Part shown: positions 33,391 to 46,277 of the stretch, piece after piece
Layout of the letters: every line of letters begins with the position of its first letter
How positions within the stretch are numbered: the stretch's first letter is position 1
DNA from: Actinomycetota bacterium
GTDB taxonomy: Bacteria; Actinomycetota; UBA4738; HRBIN12
Assembly (NCBI GenBank): GCA_040002535.1
Contig: JBDUEF010000003.1
Span: forward strand, 1 to 46,360
Length of the DNA stretch: 46,360 nucleotides
Reading direction: 5' to 3'
Notes under the pieces: model-generated
The model's database searches: none
The model's input: only the letters and a program-made list of their open reading frames with translations
Told to the model about the DNA's origin: nothing
Translations under genes and position numbers: made by a program

Positions 33391-35433
33391 TTACTCCCGA
33401 CGGACCGGCGTGGGGATGGAGCGGTCGCCCTCACCCTCAGGAGGCAGGGATCGTTCGATCACCTGCGCGACGTCGAGGACCTCCACCGGGGCGGCCCCGC
33501 CCGCCCGCGCCCGCGCCCCGTCGTCCAGCATGATCAGGCAGTAGGGGCACGCCACCCCCACGGCGTCCGCGCCCGTGGATGCGGCCTCATCCATCCGCTC
33601 GGCGTTGATGCGCTTGCCGATCCGCTCCTCCATCCACATACGCGAACCCCCCGCACCGCAGCACAGGCCGCGCTCGTGATGGCGGGGCATCTCCACCTGC
33701 CGGACGCCGGGCACCACGTCCAACAGCCGCCGGGGCGGCTCGTAGATCTCGTTGTGGCGGCCCAGGTAGCACGGGTCGTGGTAGGTCAGCAGCGTCCGGA
33801 CCTCCTCGCTGGGCGCCAGCCGTCCCTCCTCAACGAGTCGGGCCAGCAGCTGCGTGTGATGCAGGACCTCATAGCTGCCGCCGTAGGCGGGGTATTCGTT
33901 GCGGAGCGTGTTGAAGCAGTGCGGGCAGTTGGCCACGATCGTGCGAACGCCGATCCCGTTCAGCGTCTCTACGTTCTGTTCCGCCAGCGTCTGGAAGAGG
34001 AACTCGTTGCCCATCCGCCGTGCAGGATCGCCCGTACAGAGCTCGCGAGGGCCCAGGATCGCGAACCGCACCCCCGCGCGCGTGAGCAGCGCCGCGACCG
34101 ACCGGCTGACCTTCTTCGCTCGGTCGTCGAACGAGCCGGCGCACCCGACCCAGTACAGGACCTCCGGCGCCGTGCCGTTCACCACGGGGACGTCCAGGCC
34201 GTCGGCCCAGTCCGCACGCGTGGACTGCGACTGCCCCCACGGGTTCGAGCTGCTCTCCAGGTTCCGCAGCATGGTGCCTGCCTCAGCGGGGAACCGGGAC
34301 TCGCCCATGACCAACGCGCGACGCAGATCCACGATGGTGTCGATGTGCTCGATGTCGACCGGGCACTCCTGCACGCACGCGCCGCAGGTGGTGCAGGCCC
34401 ACACCGCCTCGTCGTCGACGACCTCCGGCACCAGCGCCGTGGGCTCGAAGGGTTCGCCCGCGGCCTGGGCGGCGAGCATCGCCGGGCCCTCGGTCAGCGC
34501 GTGGTCGCGCAGGTTCATGATCAGCAGCTTCGGCGACAGCGGTTTCCCGGTGTTCCATGCGGGGCACGCGCTCTGGCACCGCCCGCACTCGGTGCACGCC
34601 CCCAGGTCCAGCAGGGACTTGCGCGACAGTCCCTCCAAGGTGTCGGCGCCGAGCGATTGGGTTCCCGCCTCCAGCGCCGCCATGTCGATCGGCAAGGGCT
34701 CCAACGAGCCGCGCGGCCTGGTCGAGGAGAGCCACACGTTCAGCGCGCTAGTCGCGATGTGGAGGTGCTTGGAGCGGGGCAGGTAGACCAGGAACCCCAG
34801 GACCAGACCGAGGTGGGCCCACAGGAGGGCCCACACGCAGACCCGGCGGCCGTCGGGCGCCATCCATGTGAAGGCGTGGGAGGCGGCGGCCGACACTGGC
34901 GTCCACGCCGGCGGAGATTCGGCGATGCCGGATGCGATACGAGCCCCGCCGTACAGCAGCAGGGTCGCCACGATCCAGAAGATGAGGCCCAGGATCCGGT
35001 ACGCGTCCCGACGGTGGCTGCCCACGAACCGTTCGGGCCGCTGGCCGAGCCGGATCGCGACGGCGATCGCCAGGCCGACCAGCACGCCGCCCGCGAACAC
35101 GTCTTGCAGCAGCCCCAGCCATCCCGAGCGGCCGATCCAAGGGATCGCGAAGTCCAGGTCGACCGCCTGCCCCATCGCCTCCACGATCGTGGTGAGCAGC
35201 ACCAGGAAGCCCCAGAAGATCAGGGCGTGCATGATGCCGGGGACGGCGCGCTGGAAGAGCTTGCGCTGCCCCAGCACCTGCGTGGCCTCCCGGCCCAGCC
35301 GGGCTGCCACGTCGCCGGAACGGTCGACGGGTCGGCCGAGCCGCACGATGCGGACGAGGAGCTGGGCGCGACGGACGAAGAGCCCCCCGGCGGCGCCCAG
35401 CAGCACCAGCAGCACCACCCCCCGCAGGATCAC
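33391..35433 (-). CDS. Membrane-bound (Fe-S)-binding heterodisulfide-reductase-like oxidoreductase (FadF/Rv0338c-like)
   Basis: N-terminal TM region (HALIFWGF, SKHLH); two 4Fe-4S motifs CTECGRCQSACP and CTTCGACVQECP; CCG domains (WVGC, CTGD, CPHC, YHDPCYLGR, CCGAGG, ACPYC); TACACT 7 nt before GTG 35433. Confidence 0.9.
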   Translation of the reverse strand: MILRGVVLLVLLGAAGGLFVRRAQLLVRIVRLGRPVDRSGDVAARLGREATQVLGQRKLFQRAVPGIMHALIFWGFLVLLTTIVEAMGQAVDLDFAIPWIGRSGWLGLLQDVFAGGVLVGLAIAVAIRLGQRPERFVGSHRRDAYRILGLIFWIVATLLLYGGARIASGIAESPPAWTPVSAAASHAFTWMAPDGRRVCVWALLWAHLGLVLGFLVYLPRSKHLHIATSALNVWLSSTRPRGSLEPLPIDMAALEAGTQSLGADTLEGLSRKSLLDLGACTECGRCQSACPAWNTGKPLSPKLLIMNLRDHALTEGPAMLAAQAAGEPFEPTALVPEVVDDEAVWACTTCGACVQECPVDIEHIDTIVDLRRALVMGESRFPAEAGTMLRNLESSSNPWGQSQSTRADWADGLDVPVVNGTAPEVLYWVGCAGSFDDRAKKVSRSVAALLTRAGVRFAILGPRELCTGDPARRMGNEFLFQTLAEQNVETLNGIGVRTIVANCPHCFNTLRNEYPAYGGSYEVLHHTQLLARLVEEGRLAPSEEVRTLLTYHDPCYLGRHNEIYEPPRRLLDVVPGVRQVEMPRHHERGLCCGAGGSRMWMEERIGKRINAERMDEAASTGADAVGVACPYCLIMLDDGARARAGGAAPVEVLDVAQVIERSLPPEGEGDRSIPTPVRRE

Positions 35434-35476
35434 GGGGGCGAGTGTAGCCTCGTTGCCAATTTGGGACACGCGCCCG

Positions 35477-35508
35477 AAGTTGTCAATGGGGCGCTCAACT
35501 TCTATCAT
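35477..35508 (+). promoter_or_regulatory. dnaK promoter overlapped by a degenerate HAIR (HspR operator)
   Basis: -35 TTGTCA 35480-35485, 17-bp spacer, -10 TATCAT 35503-35508; GTTGTCA-N7-GCTCAAC (35479-35499) resembles the HAIR CTTGAGT-N7-ACTCAAG. Confidence 0.65.
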
Positions 35509-35565
35509 CCGTTCAGGCTTAGGATTACCCACGGGCGCCTCGCGCCCCGAACGTAGGAGGAGCAC

Positions 35566-37458
35566 ATGGCACGAGCGGTCGGGATTGACCTGGGCACCAC
35601 GAACTCCGTGGTCGCCGTACTGGAGGCCGGCGAGCCGGTCGTCATCCCCAACAGCGAGGGCGCGCGCACGACGCCCTCGGTCGTCGGGTTCAGCAAGAAC
35701 GCGGAGATCCTGGTGGGCGAGGTGGCCAAGCGCCAGGCCATCACCAACCCGGACCGGACCGTCCGGTCGGTCAAGCGCCAGATGGGCGACAAGAGCTGGT
35801 CCGTCGACATCGACGGCAAGGCGTGGACCGCCCAGGAGGTCAGCTCCCAGATCCTGGCGAAGCTCAAGCGCGACGCCGAGTCCTATCTGGGCGACACGGT
35901 GACGCAGGCGGTCATCACCGTCCCCGCGTACTTCGACGACGCCCAGCGTCAGGCCACCAACGAGGCCGGCAAGATCGCTGGCCTCGAGGTCCTTCGCATC
36001 ATCAACGAGCCCACGGCCGCCGCGCTCGCCTACGGGTTGGACACGCAGGAGTCCGATCACACGATCCTGGTCTTCGACCTGGGCGGCGGCACGTTCGACG
36101 TGTCCCTGCTGGAGATCGGCGACGGAGTCTTCGAGGTGAAGGCCACGCACGGCGATACGAACCTGGGCGGCGACGATTGGGACCAGCGGATCATCGATTG
36201 GATGGTCAAGGAGTTCAAGAATGGCCACGGCGTCGACCTCGCGGCCGACCGCATGGCCCTGCAGCGGCTGAAGGAGGCCGCCGAGAAGGCGAAGATCGAG
36301 CTGAGCCAGGTCACGGAGGCGACCATCAACCTCCCCTTCGTCACGGCGACGGCCGACGGTCCCTTGCACCTGGAGCTGAAGCTCACTCGCAGCGAGTTCG
36401 AGCGCATGACCGAGGACCTGGTGCAGCGCTGCAAGACGCCGTTCGAGCAGGCCATCAAGGACTGGGGCAAGGACGCCTCCGCGATCGACCACGTGATCAT
36501 GGTGGGCGGGTCCACCCGCATGCCGATGATCCAGGAACTGGTGAAGTCGCTGACCGGCGGCAAGGAGCCGCACAAGGGCGTCAACCCCGACGAGGTGGTC
36601 GCGATCGGCGCGGCGGTTCAGGCCGGCGTCCTTAAGGGCGACGTGAAGGACATCCTGCTTCTCGACGTGACGCCGCTGTCCCTGGGTGTCGAGACCAAGG
36701 GCGGCATCTTCACGAAACTGATCGAGCGCAACACCACGATCCCCACGCGCAAGTCCGAGGTCTTCACCACGGCCGACGACAACCAGACCAACGTGGAGAT
36801 CCACGTCCTGCAGGGCGAGGGTGAGACCGTCGGCTCACCCGCGGTGAAGTCCCTCGGGCGGTTCATGCTCACCGGCATCGCGCCGGCCCCGCGCGGCTTG
36901 CCGCAGGTCGAGGTCGCCTTCGACATCGACGCGAACGGCATCGTGAACGTGAGCGCGAAGGACCTGGCCACCGGCAAGGAGCAGGCCATGACGATCACCG
37001 GCGGCACCGCCCTTTCCAAGGACGAGGTGGAGCGCATGGTGGCCGACGCCGAGAAGTTCGCGGCGGAGGATCACGCGCGGCGGGAGGCGGCCGAGGCCCG
37101 CAACCAGGCCGATCAGCTCACCTACCAGGTGGACAAGTTCGTCGAGGAGAATGGCGACAAGGTCCCGGAGTCCGACATCGCCGAGCTCCGCAGCAAGAAC
37201 GACGAGCTGAAGGGGGCGTTGAAGGCCGAGGACGCCGATCTGGGCACGCTCCGCGGCGCCACCGAGGCCGCCATGCAGGTCTTTCAGCGGGTCGGCCAGG
37301 CGATGTACGAGCACCAGCAGGCGCAGGCATCCTCGGCGTCCGCGTCCGACGCCGGTCCCACCGACGCCGACGCCGGCACCGGCACCGCTGACACAGCCGA
37401 GTCCGAGTCTGACGACGATGTCGTCGAGGGCGAGATCGTGGACGAGGGCGGCGCATGA
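35566..37458 (+). CDS. dnaK: Chaperone DnaK
   Basis: [51 protein letters not shown]; short monoderm-type N-terminal subdomain; SD AGGAGG. Confidence 0.98.
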   Translation: MARAVGIDLGTTNSVVAVLEAGEPVVIPNSEGARTTPSVVGFSKNAEILVGEVAKRQAITNPDRTVRSVKRQMGDKSWSVDIDGKAWTAQEVSSQILAKLKRDAESYLGDTVTQAVITVPAYFDDAQRQATNEAGKIAGLEVLRIINEPTAAALAYGLDTQESDHTILVFDLGGGTFDVSLLEIGDGVFEVKATHGDTNLGGDDWDQRIIDWMVKEFKNGHGVDLAADRMALQRLKEAAEKAKIELSQVTEATINLPFVTATADGPLHLELKLTRSEFERMTEDLVQRCKTPFEQAIKDWGKDASAIDHVIMVGGSTRMPMIQELVKSLTGGKEPHKGVNPDEVVAIGAAVQAGVLKGDVKDILLLDVTPLSLGVETKGGIFTKLIERNTTIPTRKSEVFTTADDNQTNVEIHVLQGEGETVGSPAVKSLGRFMLTGIAPAPRGLPQVEVAFDIDANGIVNVSAKDLATGKEQAMTITGGTALSKDEVERMVADAEKFAAEDHARREAAEARNQADQLTYQVDKFVEENGDKVPESDIAELRSKNDELKGALKAEDADLGTLRGATEAAMQVFQRVGQAMYEHQQAQASSASASDAGPTDADAGTGTADTAESESDDDVVEGEIVDEGGA

Positions 37459-38084
37459 GCGACCACGACGAGGACGAGCGCCCCACGATCAAGGTGACCG
37501 ACAAGCGGCGGTACCACCAGGACCCCACCGCCCCGGCCGAGGCCGGTGCGGTGGGGGGTGGCACGACCGACGATGCGGCGGTGGACCCGCACGCTCCCGC
37601 CGTCGAGGACGGCGGCCCGGTCGCGTCCGAGGTCGAACCGGCGCTGGCGGACGCGGAACGCGAGGCGGCCGAGTACCTCGACCACCTGCGGCGGTTGCAG
37701 GCCGAGTTCGACAATTTCCGCAAGCGCTCGCTGAAGCAGCAGACCCACGCCGTGGAGCTGGCCGCGCAGCCCATCGTGGCGCGGTTGCTGGAGGTGGTCG
37801 ACGATTTCGAGCTGGCGTTGATGGCGGCCGAGCAGCAGCCCGACTTTGAACGGTTCCGCAAGGGTGTGGAGCTGGTGTACGCAAAGCTCGCCGACGTGCT
37901 CCGCGCCGAGGGCCTCCAGCAGATCGAGGCCCAGGGGGCGCCGTTCGATCCGGAGCTCCACGAGGCGCTGATGCAGACCGGTGAAGGGGACGGCGAGCTG
38001 GTGGTGGCCGACGTCCTGCGCCCGGGCTACACGCTGAAGGGCCGGGTGCTGCGTCCGGCCGGCGTGCGCGTGCACAAGGAGTAG
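37455..38084 (+). CDS. grpE: Nucleotide exchange factor GrpE
   Basis: [35 protein letters not shown]. Confidence 0.96.
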   Translation: MSDHDEDERPTIKVTDKRRYHQDPTAPAEAGAVGGGTTDDAAVDPHAPAVEDGGPVASEVEPALADAEREAAEYLDHLRRLQAEFDNFRKRSLKQQTHAVELAAQPIVARLLEVVDDFELALMAAEQQPDFERFRKGVELVYAKLADVLRAEGLQQIEAQGAPFDPELHEALMQTGEGDGELVVADVLRPGYTLKGRVLRPAGVRVHKE

Positions 38085-38086
38085 CC

Positions 38087-39253
38087 GTGGCCGACGAGGT
38101 CCGCCGGGAGTGGTTCGACAAGGACTACTACGCCGTGCTGGGCGTGCCCAAGAACGCCTCGGCCGCCGAGATCAAGAAGGCGTACCGCAAGCTCGCGCAG
38201 AAGCACCACCCCGACGCGAACCCGGGCAGCGGCGGCGCCGACGAGCGCTTCAAGGAGATCTCCGCCGCCCACGACGTGCTCGGTGACGAGGAGAAGCGCA
38301 AGAGCTATGACGCGGTCCGCGAGATGGGCGCGTCCGGATCCGGTGCGGGAGGGTTCCCGGGAGGGTTCCCCGGCGGCGCGGGCGGCTGGCCCGGCGGCAA
38401 CGTTCGGTACGAACAGGTCGACGTCGGGGACCTCGGCGATCTCTTCGGCGGGATGTTCGGCGGTGCGAGTAGGGGATCGGGCGGTCGCGGGGGGCGAGGC
38501 CAGCAGCGCCCGCAGCGCGGCGCCGACCTGGAGACGACGGTGAAGATCCCGTTCGACGAGGCCATGGCGGGCACCAGCGTGCCGGTGAAGATCACGGGCC
38601 CGTCCACCTGCCGCACCTGCCACGGCAGCGGGGCGGAGCCCGGCACCCAGCCGGTCACCTGTCCGCGATGCGGCGGCTTGGGCTCGGTCAGCGTGAACCA
38701 GGGCTTCTTCCAGATGGCCCAGCCCTGCCCGCGGTGCCATGGGAGCGGACGGATCGTGGAGCACCCCTGCCCCACCTGTCGCGGCACGGGGACGGAGCGG
38801 CGCACGCGCCGGTTCAGCGTGAAGATCCCGGCCGGCGTGAAGGACGGAGCGCGGATCAAGCTCGCGGGCCGAGGCGAGCCGGGGCAACCCGGGGCGCCCG
38901 CGGGCGACCTGTTCGTGAAGGTCCAGGTGGGCGAGCACCTGCTGTTCGGCCGCAGAGGCGACGACCTCACGCTCGACCTTCCCATCACCTACCCCGAGGC
39001 GGCCCTGGGCGCCCAGATCGCCGTGCCCACGTTGAACGGGCCGGTGAAGCTGAAGGTGCCGGCCGGCACGCCGGACGGGAAGACCTTTCGCCTCCGAGGC
39101 AGGGGCGCCCCGAAGAAGGGTGGTCACGGAGATCTCCTGGCGACGGTGCGGGTGGACGTGCCCGGCAAGGTGTCCCATGACGAGAAGGAGCTCCTGCGGC
39201 GCCTGCAAGACGCGACGAAGAACCCCCGGTCGCATCTGGATGGGGAGGTTTAG
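38087..39253 (+). CDS. dnaJ: Chaperone DnaJ
   Basis: J-domain with HPD, G/F-rich region, four CxxCxGxG repeats. Confidence 0.97.
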   Translation: MADEVRREWFDKDYYAVLGVPKNASAAEIKKAYRKLAQKHHPDANPGSGGADERFKEISAAHDVLGDEEKRKSYDAVREMGASGSGAGGFPGGFPGGAGGWPGGNVRYEQVDVGDLGDLFGGMFGGASRGSGGRGGRGQQRPQRGADLETTVKIPFDEAMAGTSVPVKITGPSTCRTCHGSGAEPGTQPVTCPRCGGLGSVSVNQGFFQMAQPCPRCHGSGRIVEHPCPTCRGTGTERRTRRFSVKIPAGVKDGARIKLAGRGEPGQPGAPAGDLFVKVQVGEHLLFGRRGDDLTLDLPITYPEAALGAQIAVPTLNGPVKLKVPAGTPDGKTFRLRGRGAPKKGGHGDLLATVRVDVPGKVSHDEKELLRRLQDATKNPRSHLDGEV

Positions 39254-39255
39254 AC

Positions 39256-39657
39256 ATGGAGGAGTCACGGCACGAGGAGCGAGCGGTGTACGTGATCAGC
39301 GTGGCAGCGGAGCTGGCCGGTGTGCATCCGCAGACCCTGCGCATCTACGAGCGCAAGGGACTGCTGCAGCCGAAGCGAACGTCGGGCAACACCCGGCGCT
39401 ACTCCCAGCGGGATATCGAGCAGCTCCTGCGGATCCAGGACCTCACGCAGGTGGCCGGGATCAACCTCGCCGGGGTGAAGATGATCATCGAGATGCAGAC
39501 CGAGATCGACCGGTTGCGCGAGCGGGCGGCCGAGCTGGAGCTCGAGGTTCGCCGGCAGCGGCGGGCGGCTCGCGCACGCGAGGACGCGGCGGAGCCGGGC
39601 GCGCAGATGCTGCCGCTGCGGAGCGTGTTCCTGCCGTCGTGGGTGACACGGCGGTGA
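39256..39657 (+). CDS. hspR: Heat-shock repressor HspR (MerR family)
   Basis: VYVISVAAELAGVHPQTLRIYERKGLL...GINLAGV; follows dnaJ. Confidence 0.93.
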   Translation: MEESRHEERAVYVISVAAELAGVHPQTLRIYERKGLLQPKRTSGNTRRYSQRDIEQLLRIQDLTQVAGINLAGVKMIIEMQTEIDRLRERAAELELEVRRQRRAARAREDAAEPGAQMLPLRSVFLPSWVTRR

Positions 39658-40187
39658 TCGATCTGCGTGGCGGACGCGTGAGGATCCGGCCACTGCGATC
39701 CCTAGAGATCGATCGGGTGGTCCAGGAGTCACTGCCGGCATGGGTGGCGTGGGGCACCGATCCGGAGGTTGCACGCGCCAAGATCCGGGACCGGCTCCGG
39801 CGCTCCGGCGAGCTCACCGAGCATGGCCTCGACCTGGGCATCGAGGTTGGCGGCCGTCTGATCGGCGACGTGCAGGCGCGCGCCGACTCGCTGCCGGCGG
39901 GTGCCTTCGAGCTGGGCATCGGCCTGTTCGACGAGCGGGACCGGCGGCAGGGCCTGGGTGGGGAGGCGATCGCGCTGCTGACCGCGCATCTGTTCGACAC
40001 CCTGGCCGCTCGGCGCGTCCAGCTCAGTACCGACGTTGCCAACGAGGGGATGCGGCGGGTGGCCGAGCGCACGGGCTTCGTGCATGAAGGCGACCTCCGC
40101 GGCTTCTGGCCGCAGGACGACGGCGACCACGACTACGCCATGTACGGCATGACGCGGCGCGACTACCTGGCCGCGGAGAGGGAGTGA
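39654..40187 (+). CDS. GNAT acetyltransferase, RimJ/RimL-like
   Basis: ELGIGLF...RRQGLGGEAI...STDVANEGMRRVAERTGFVHEG; GTG overlaps the hspR stop. Confidence 0.85.
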   Translation: MIDLRGGRVRIRPLRSLEIDRVVQESLPAWVAWGTDPEVARAKIRDRLRRSGELTEHGLDLGIEVGGRLIGDVQARADSLPAGAFELGIGLFDERDRRQGLGGEAIALLTAHLFDTLAARRVQLSTDVANEGMRRVAERTGFVHEGDLRGFWPQDDGDHDYAMYGMTRRDYLAAERE

Positions 40188-40190
40188 GCC

Positions 40191-42782
<2,592 letters not shown>

Positions 42783-42838
42783 CCGACGGCCTTCGGTGCT
42801 TGCCTCAGGCGCGGGTCTCCGGTACCGATACCACTGAC

Positions 42839-43519
42839 ATGGGTGGGGCATGGATCTTCGTGGTGTTCGTGGTGATCGCCGGCGCGGCCGCGTACCTCAG
42901 CTATTACCTGAAGCAGAAGCGGCGGCAGGAGATGGCCTACGCGGCCAGACAGCTCGGCCTGGAGTTCGCGCTCACCGATCCCTTCGACACGCTGTCGGAG
43001 CCACTCCCGTTGCTGCAGAAGGGCGACGGACGTGGCGTCGAGAACGTGCTGTGGGGTACCTGGGGCGGGATCGAGTGCCGCGCCTTCGACTACTGGTACT
43101 ACGACGAATCCACCGACTCGAAGGGCAACCGCTCGCGCACCTACCACCGGTTCAGCTGCGTGCTGGCGCCGGTGGACGCCGCGTGCTCCCCGCTCACCCT
43201 CACTCCCGAGAACGTTTTCACGCGCATCGGCGATCACGTGGGCCTGCACGACATCGAGCTGGAGTCCGAGGAGTTCAACCGGGCGTTCACGGTGAAGTCG
43301 CCCGATCGCAAGTTCGCGGTGGACTTCTGCGACGCCCGGATGATGCAGTGGCTGCTGGCGCACGGCGAGGGGTTCTCGTTCGAGGTGGCGGGCGATCGGC
43401 TGCTGGCCTCCTGCCGCCGGCGCGCTCCGACGGAGCTCACCGCCCTGCTGGGCACGATGAAGACCTTCCGCGAGCACATCCCGCGCGTGGTGTTCTCGCT
43501 GTACCCGAAGCCCGGCTAG
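42839..43519 (+). CDS. Single-pass membrane protein, DUF3137-like
   Basis: N-terminal TM helix; FDYWY...TDSKGNRSRTY; IELESEEFNRAFTVKS...FA; directly before lemA. Confidence 0.6.
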   Translation: MGGAWIFVVFVVIAGAAAYLSYYLKQKRRQEMAYAARQLGLEFALTDPFDTLSEPLPLLQKGDGRGVENVLWGTWGGIECRAFDYWYYDESTDSKGNRSRTYHRFSCVLAPVDAACSPLTLTPENVFTRIGDHVGLHDIELESEEFNRAFTVKSPDRKFAVDFCDARMMQWLLAHGEGFSFEVAGDRLLASCRRRAPTELTALLGTMKTFREHIPRVVFSLYPKPG

Positions 43520-43570
43520 GATGCGGGCCGTGAGGCTGCGCGAGAGCGAGAGCGACAGAAGGGACCCACC

Positions 43571-44224
43571 ATGTCGACCGTGATCTGGATCGTCCTGGGC
43601 GTGATCGTGCTGGTGGCGATCGGCCTGATCGTCTCCTACAACCGCTTCGTGTCACAGAAGAACCTGATCCGCGACGCGTGGGCCAACATCGACACCGAGC
43701 TACGGCGGCGCTACGACCTGATCCCCAACTTGGTGGAGACCGTGAAGGGCTACGCCTCCCATGAGAGGGAAATCTTCGAGGAGGTGGCCCGCACACGATC
43801 GCTGGCCGCCGGGGCCACGGGCAACCCCGCCGCGCAGGCCGCCGCCGAGGGACCGTTCGTGGCGGCCCTGGGCAAGCTGTTCGCGGTCGCGGAGGCCTAT
43901 CCCGATCTCAAGGCCAACCAGAACTTCCTGGCGCTGCAGGCGGAGCTGTCCAACACCGAGGATCGCCTGCAGACCTCCCGGCGCTTCTACAACGCGAACG
44001 TGCGCGACTACAACCGGCGCGTACGGTCCTTCCCCAGCGGCGTGATCGCGCGGTCGTTCGGCTTCAAGGAGGCGGAGTTCTTCGAGGTGGACGAGGCGCT
44101 CAGGCAGGCCGGGCCGCCGCAGGTGAGCTTCGGCGGCGGGCCCGCGGTGTCGTTCGAGGGCGGCACGCCGGCTCCCACCCCGCCCGCAGAGCCACCCGCC
44201 GCGCCGGACCCGCCGACGCCGTAG
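43571..44224 (+). CDS. lemA: LemA family protein
   Basis: YNRFV, WANIDTELRRRYDLIPNLVETVKGYA, AVAEAYPDLKANQNF, RRFYN, FPS. Confidence 0.93.
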   Translation: MSTVIWIVLGVIVLVAIGLIVSYNRFVSQKNLIRDAWANIDTELRRRYDLIPNLVETVKGYASHEREIFEEVARTRSLAAGATGNPAAQAAAEGPFVAALGKLFAVAEAYPDLKANQNFLALQAELSNTEDRLQTSRRFYNANVRDYNRRVRSFPSGVIARSFGFKEAEFFEVDEALRQAGPPQVSFGGGPAVSFEGGTPAPTPPAEPPAAPDPPTP

Positions 44225-44236
44225 ACCCCTGATCTG

Positions 44237-45505
44237 TCAGGGGTCCAGGCCCGAGGTCGCGGCCCGGGAACGGATGTCGCGCGTCAGCATCCACCACGTG
44301 CCGCTCCACGCGAGAGCGACGCCACCCAGCCCGATCACCGTCGGCCGGGGGCCCACCGTGTCGGCCAGCCATCCCGCAGCGAAGCTCGACACCCCCAGGG
44401 ACAGGGTGACCAGGGCGTAGTCGAACGCGAAGATGCGGCCGCGGATCCGGTCGGGTGTGAGCCGCTGCAGGCCGTAGGTCGACAGCGTCCACTGTGCGCC
44501 GCCGCCCAGATGCGCACACATCACGATCGGAGCCGCTACCAGCAGTGACGGGCTGAGCCCGAACATCATGTACGAGGCACCGAAGACGGCGAGGGCCAGC
44601 CCGATGGCGCTGAACATCCGGCGATCGTCGGAGCCCGCGATCGCCCGGCCGAGGAAGGGACCGATCAGAGCGCCCACACCACGGCTGGCCATCAACAGGC
44701 CGATGCCGATGTCACCCTCTCGGAAGACGTCGGTGGCGAACACCGCGATCAGCACCAGCACGCCGGCCGCGAGGCCGAAGCCCGCCTTCACGCCGAGCAG
44801 GGCCAACACCCGATGATCCCGCCGGGCGTAGGCGACCGTCTCTCGTGTGGCCTCCAGGATGCCGGGATGGTGGGCGTGCTCCTCGCGTGGCTCGGAGAAC
44901 GCCCGGTGCACGCGGAACAGGAGCCACGCCGAGAAGAGGAACGACACCGTGTTGCCCACGATCGCGGCATCGCGCCCCAACAGCGTCACCACCAGGCCGC
45001 CTGCGGCGGCGCCCACGGCCAGCATCGTCCCCCAGGCCGATCCCACCAGCGTGTTGGCGGCGGCGAGGTCCGGGGGGTCCACGACGTTCGGGATGGCGGC
45101 CGAGGACGCCGGCTCGAAGCAGGCCGTGAACACGCTGATGGTGGCCAGCACGACGAAGACCAGCCAGACGGCGCTACGCGAGTCCACCAGCAGCAGGGGA
45201 AGGCACAGGCCGGCGCGCGCGAGGTCGGCCGCGATCATCAGTCGCCGCCGGTCCAGCCGGTCGGCCAGCGCGCCGCCGACCGGCGACAGCAGGAAGAACG
45301 CCAGCTCCGGCACGGTGATGGTGAGGGCCACGAAGATCGCCGATCCGGTCAGCTCGTGCACCAGCCCGAACAGCGCGACGGTCATGAACCAGTCCCCGCC
45401 GAACGAGATCAGCTGGGCGAAGTACAGTCGGCGGAAGTCGGGGTTCCGGCGCAGGAGCTCGAGGCTGGCGCGGGCGCCGGTGGAGTCGCTGCGAAGGTCG
45501 GCCAC
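44237..45505 (-). CDS. MFS transporter (DHA3-like)
   Basis: About 12 TM helices; motif A GALADRLDRRRLM; PDRIRGRIF. Confidence 0.9.
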   Translation of the reverse strand: MADLRSDSTGARASLELLRRNPDFRRLYFAQLISFGGDWFMTVALFGLVHELTGSAIFVALTITVPELAFFLLSPVGGALADRLDRRRLMIAADLARAGLCLPLLLVDSRSAVWLVFVVLATISVFTACFEPASSAAIPNVVDPPDLAAANTLVGSAWGTMLAVGAAAGGLVVTLLGRDAAIVGNTVSFLFSAWLLFRVHRAFSEPREEHAHHPGILEATRETVAYARRDHRVLALLGVKAGFGLAAGVLVLIAVFATDVFREGDIGIGLLMASRGVGALIGPFLGRAIAGSDDRRMFSAIGLALAVFGASYMMFGLSPSLLVAAPIVMCAHLGGGAQWTLSTYGLQRLTPDRIRGRIFAFDYALVTLSLGVSSFAAGWLADTVGPRPTVIGLGGVALAWSGTWWMLTRDIRSRAATSGLDP

Positions 45506-45542
45506 GGTGGCTGGTCAGCGTACCGCCCGGAAGGGGGCCAGG

Positions 45543-46187
45543 ATGCTCGAGGGATTCACGTGGTTCAAGCAGTCGGCGTTCCGATGGGCCGCCGGCGGGC
45601 CCACCGTCTACATCGACCCGTGGGGCGTGCGACCCGACGACGCCCCCGCGGACCTGATCCTCATCACCCACGCGCACTTCGACCACTTCCAGCCTGAGGA
45701 GATCGCGAAGATCACGAAGGAGGGTACGAAGCTGGTGGCGCCCCGCGACGTGGCGGCCGAGCTGTCCGGGGACGTGACACCGGTTGCCCCCGGCGAGTCG
45801 CACGAGGTGGGCGGCATCCGGTTCACCACCGTGCCGGCCTACAACGTGGTGGAGGAGCGGCTGGAGAAGCATCCGAAGGCCAACGGATGGGTGGGCTACG
45901 TCCTGGAGCTGGGGCCGCACCGCTATTACCACGCCGGCGACACCGACCACCTGCCGGAGCTGGAGTCGATCACCACCGACGTCGCGTTCCTGCCCATCGG
46001 TGGGACCTTCACGATGGACGTCCCGGAGGCAGCGGGCCTGGCCCGGGCGATGGCGCCGGCCGTGGCCGTGCCCATGCACTTCGGGTTCGTGGTGGGGGAG
46101 CCGCAGGACGCCGACCGCTTCCGCGAGGCCGCGGCTCCGGTGTCGGTGGAGGTCCTGACGCCGGTGCGTCCCTTCGGCGAGGAGTGA
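45543..46187 (+). CDS. MBL-fold metallo-hydrolase
   Basis: IDPW, ITHAHFDH, YHAGDT, LPIGGTFTM, PMHF. Confidence 0.9.
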   Translation: MLEGFTWFKQSAFRWAAGGPTVYIDPWGVRPDDAPADLILITHAHFDHFQPEEIAKITKEGTKLVAPRDVAAELSGDVTPVAPGESHEVGGIRFTTVPAYNVVEERLEKHPKANGWVGYVLELGPHRYYHAGDTDHLPELESITTDVAFLPIGGTFTMDVPEAAGLARAMAPAVAVPMHFGFVVGEPQDADRFREAAAPVSVEVLTPVRPFGEE

Positions 46188-46277
46188 GCCCGCAGCGGGC
46201 GCGCCGCCGGACCGCTAGCATCGGGGCGAAACCGGCCCCACACCCCATCCCCACCCACGATCCGGGAGGACGACGAC

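Noticed and set aside
35434-36804. 1137-aa minus-strand ORF (33391-36804) suggesting a giant fusion protein
   Set aside because: The upstream ~457 codons are the antisense shadow of dnaK, a common artefact; the real Fe-S gene starts at GTG 35433 behind a TACACT -10
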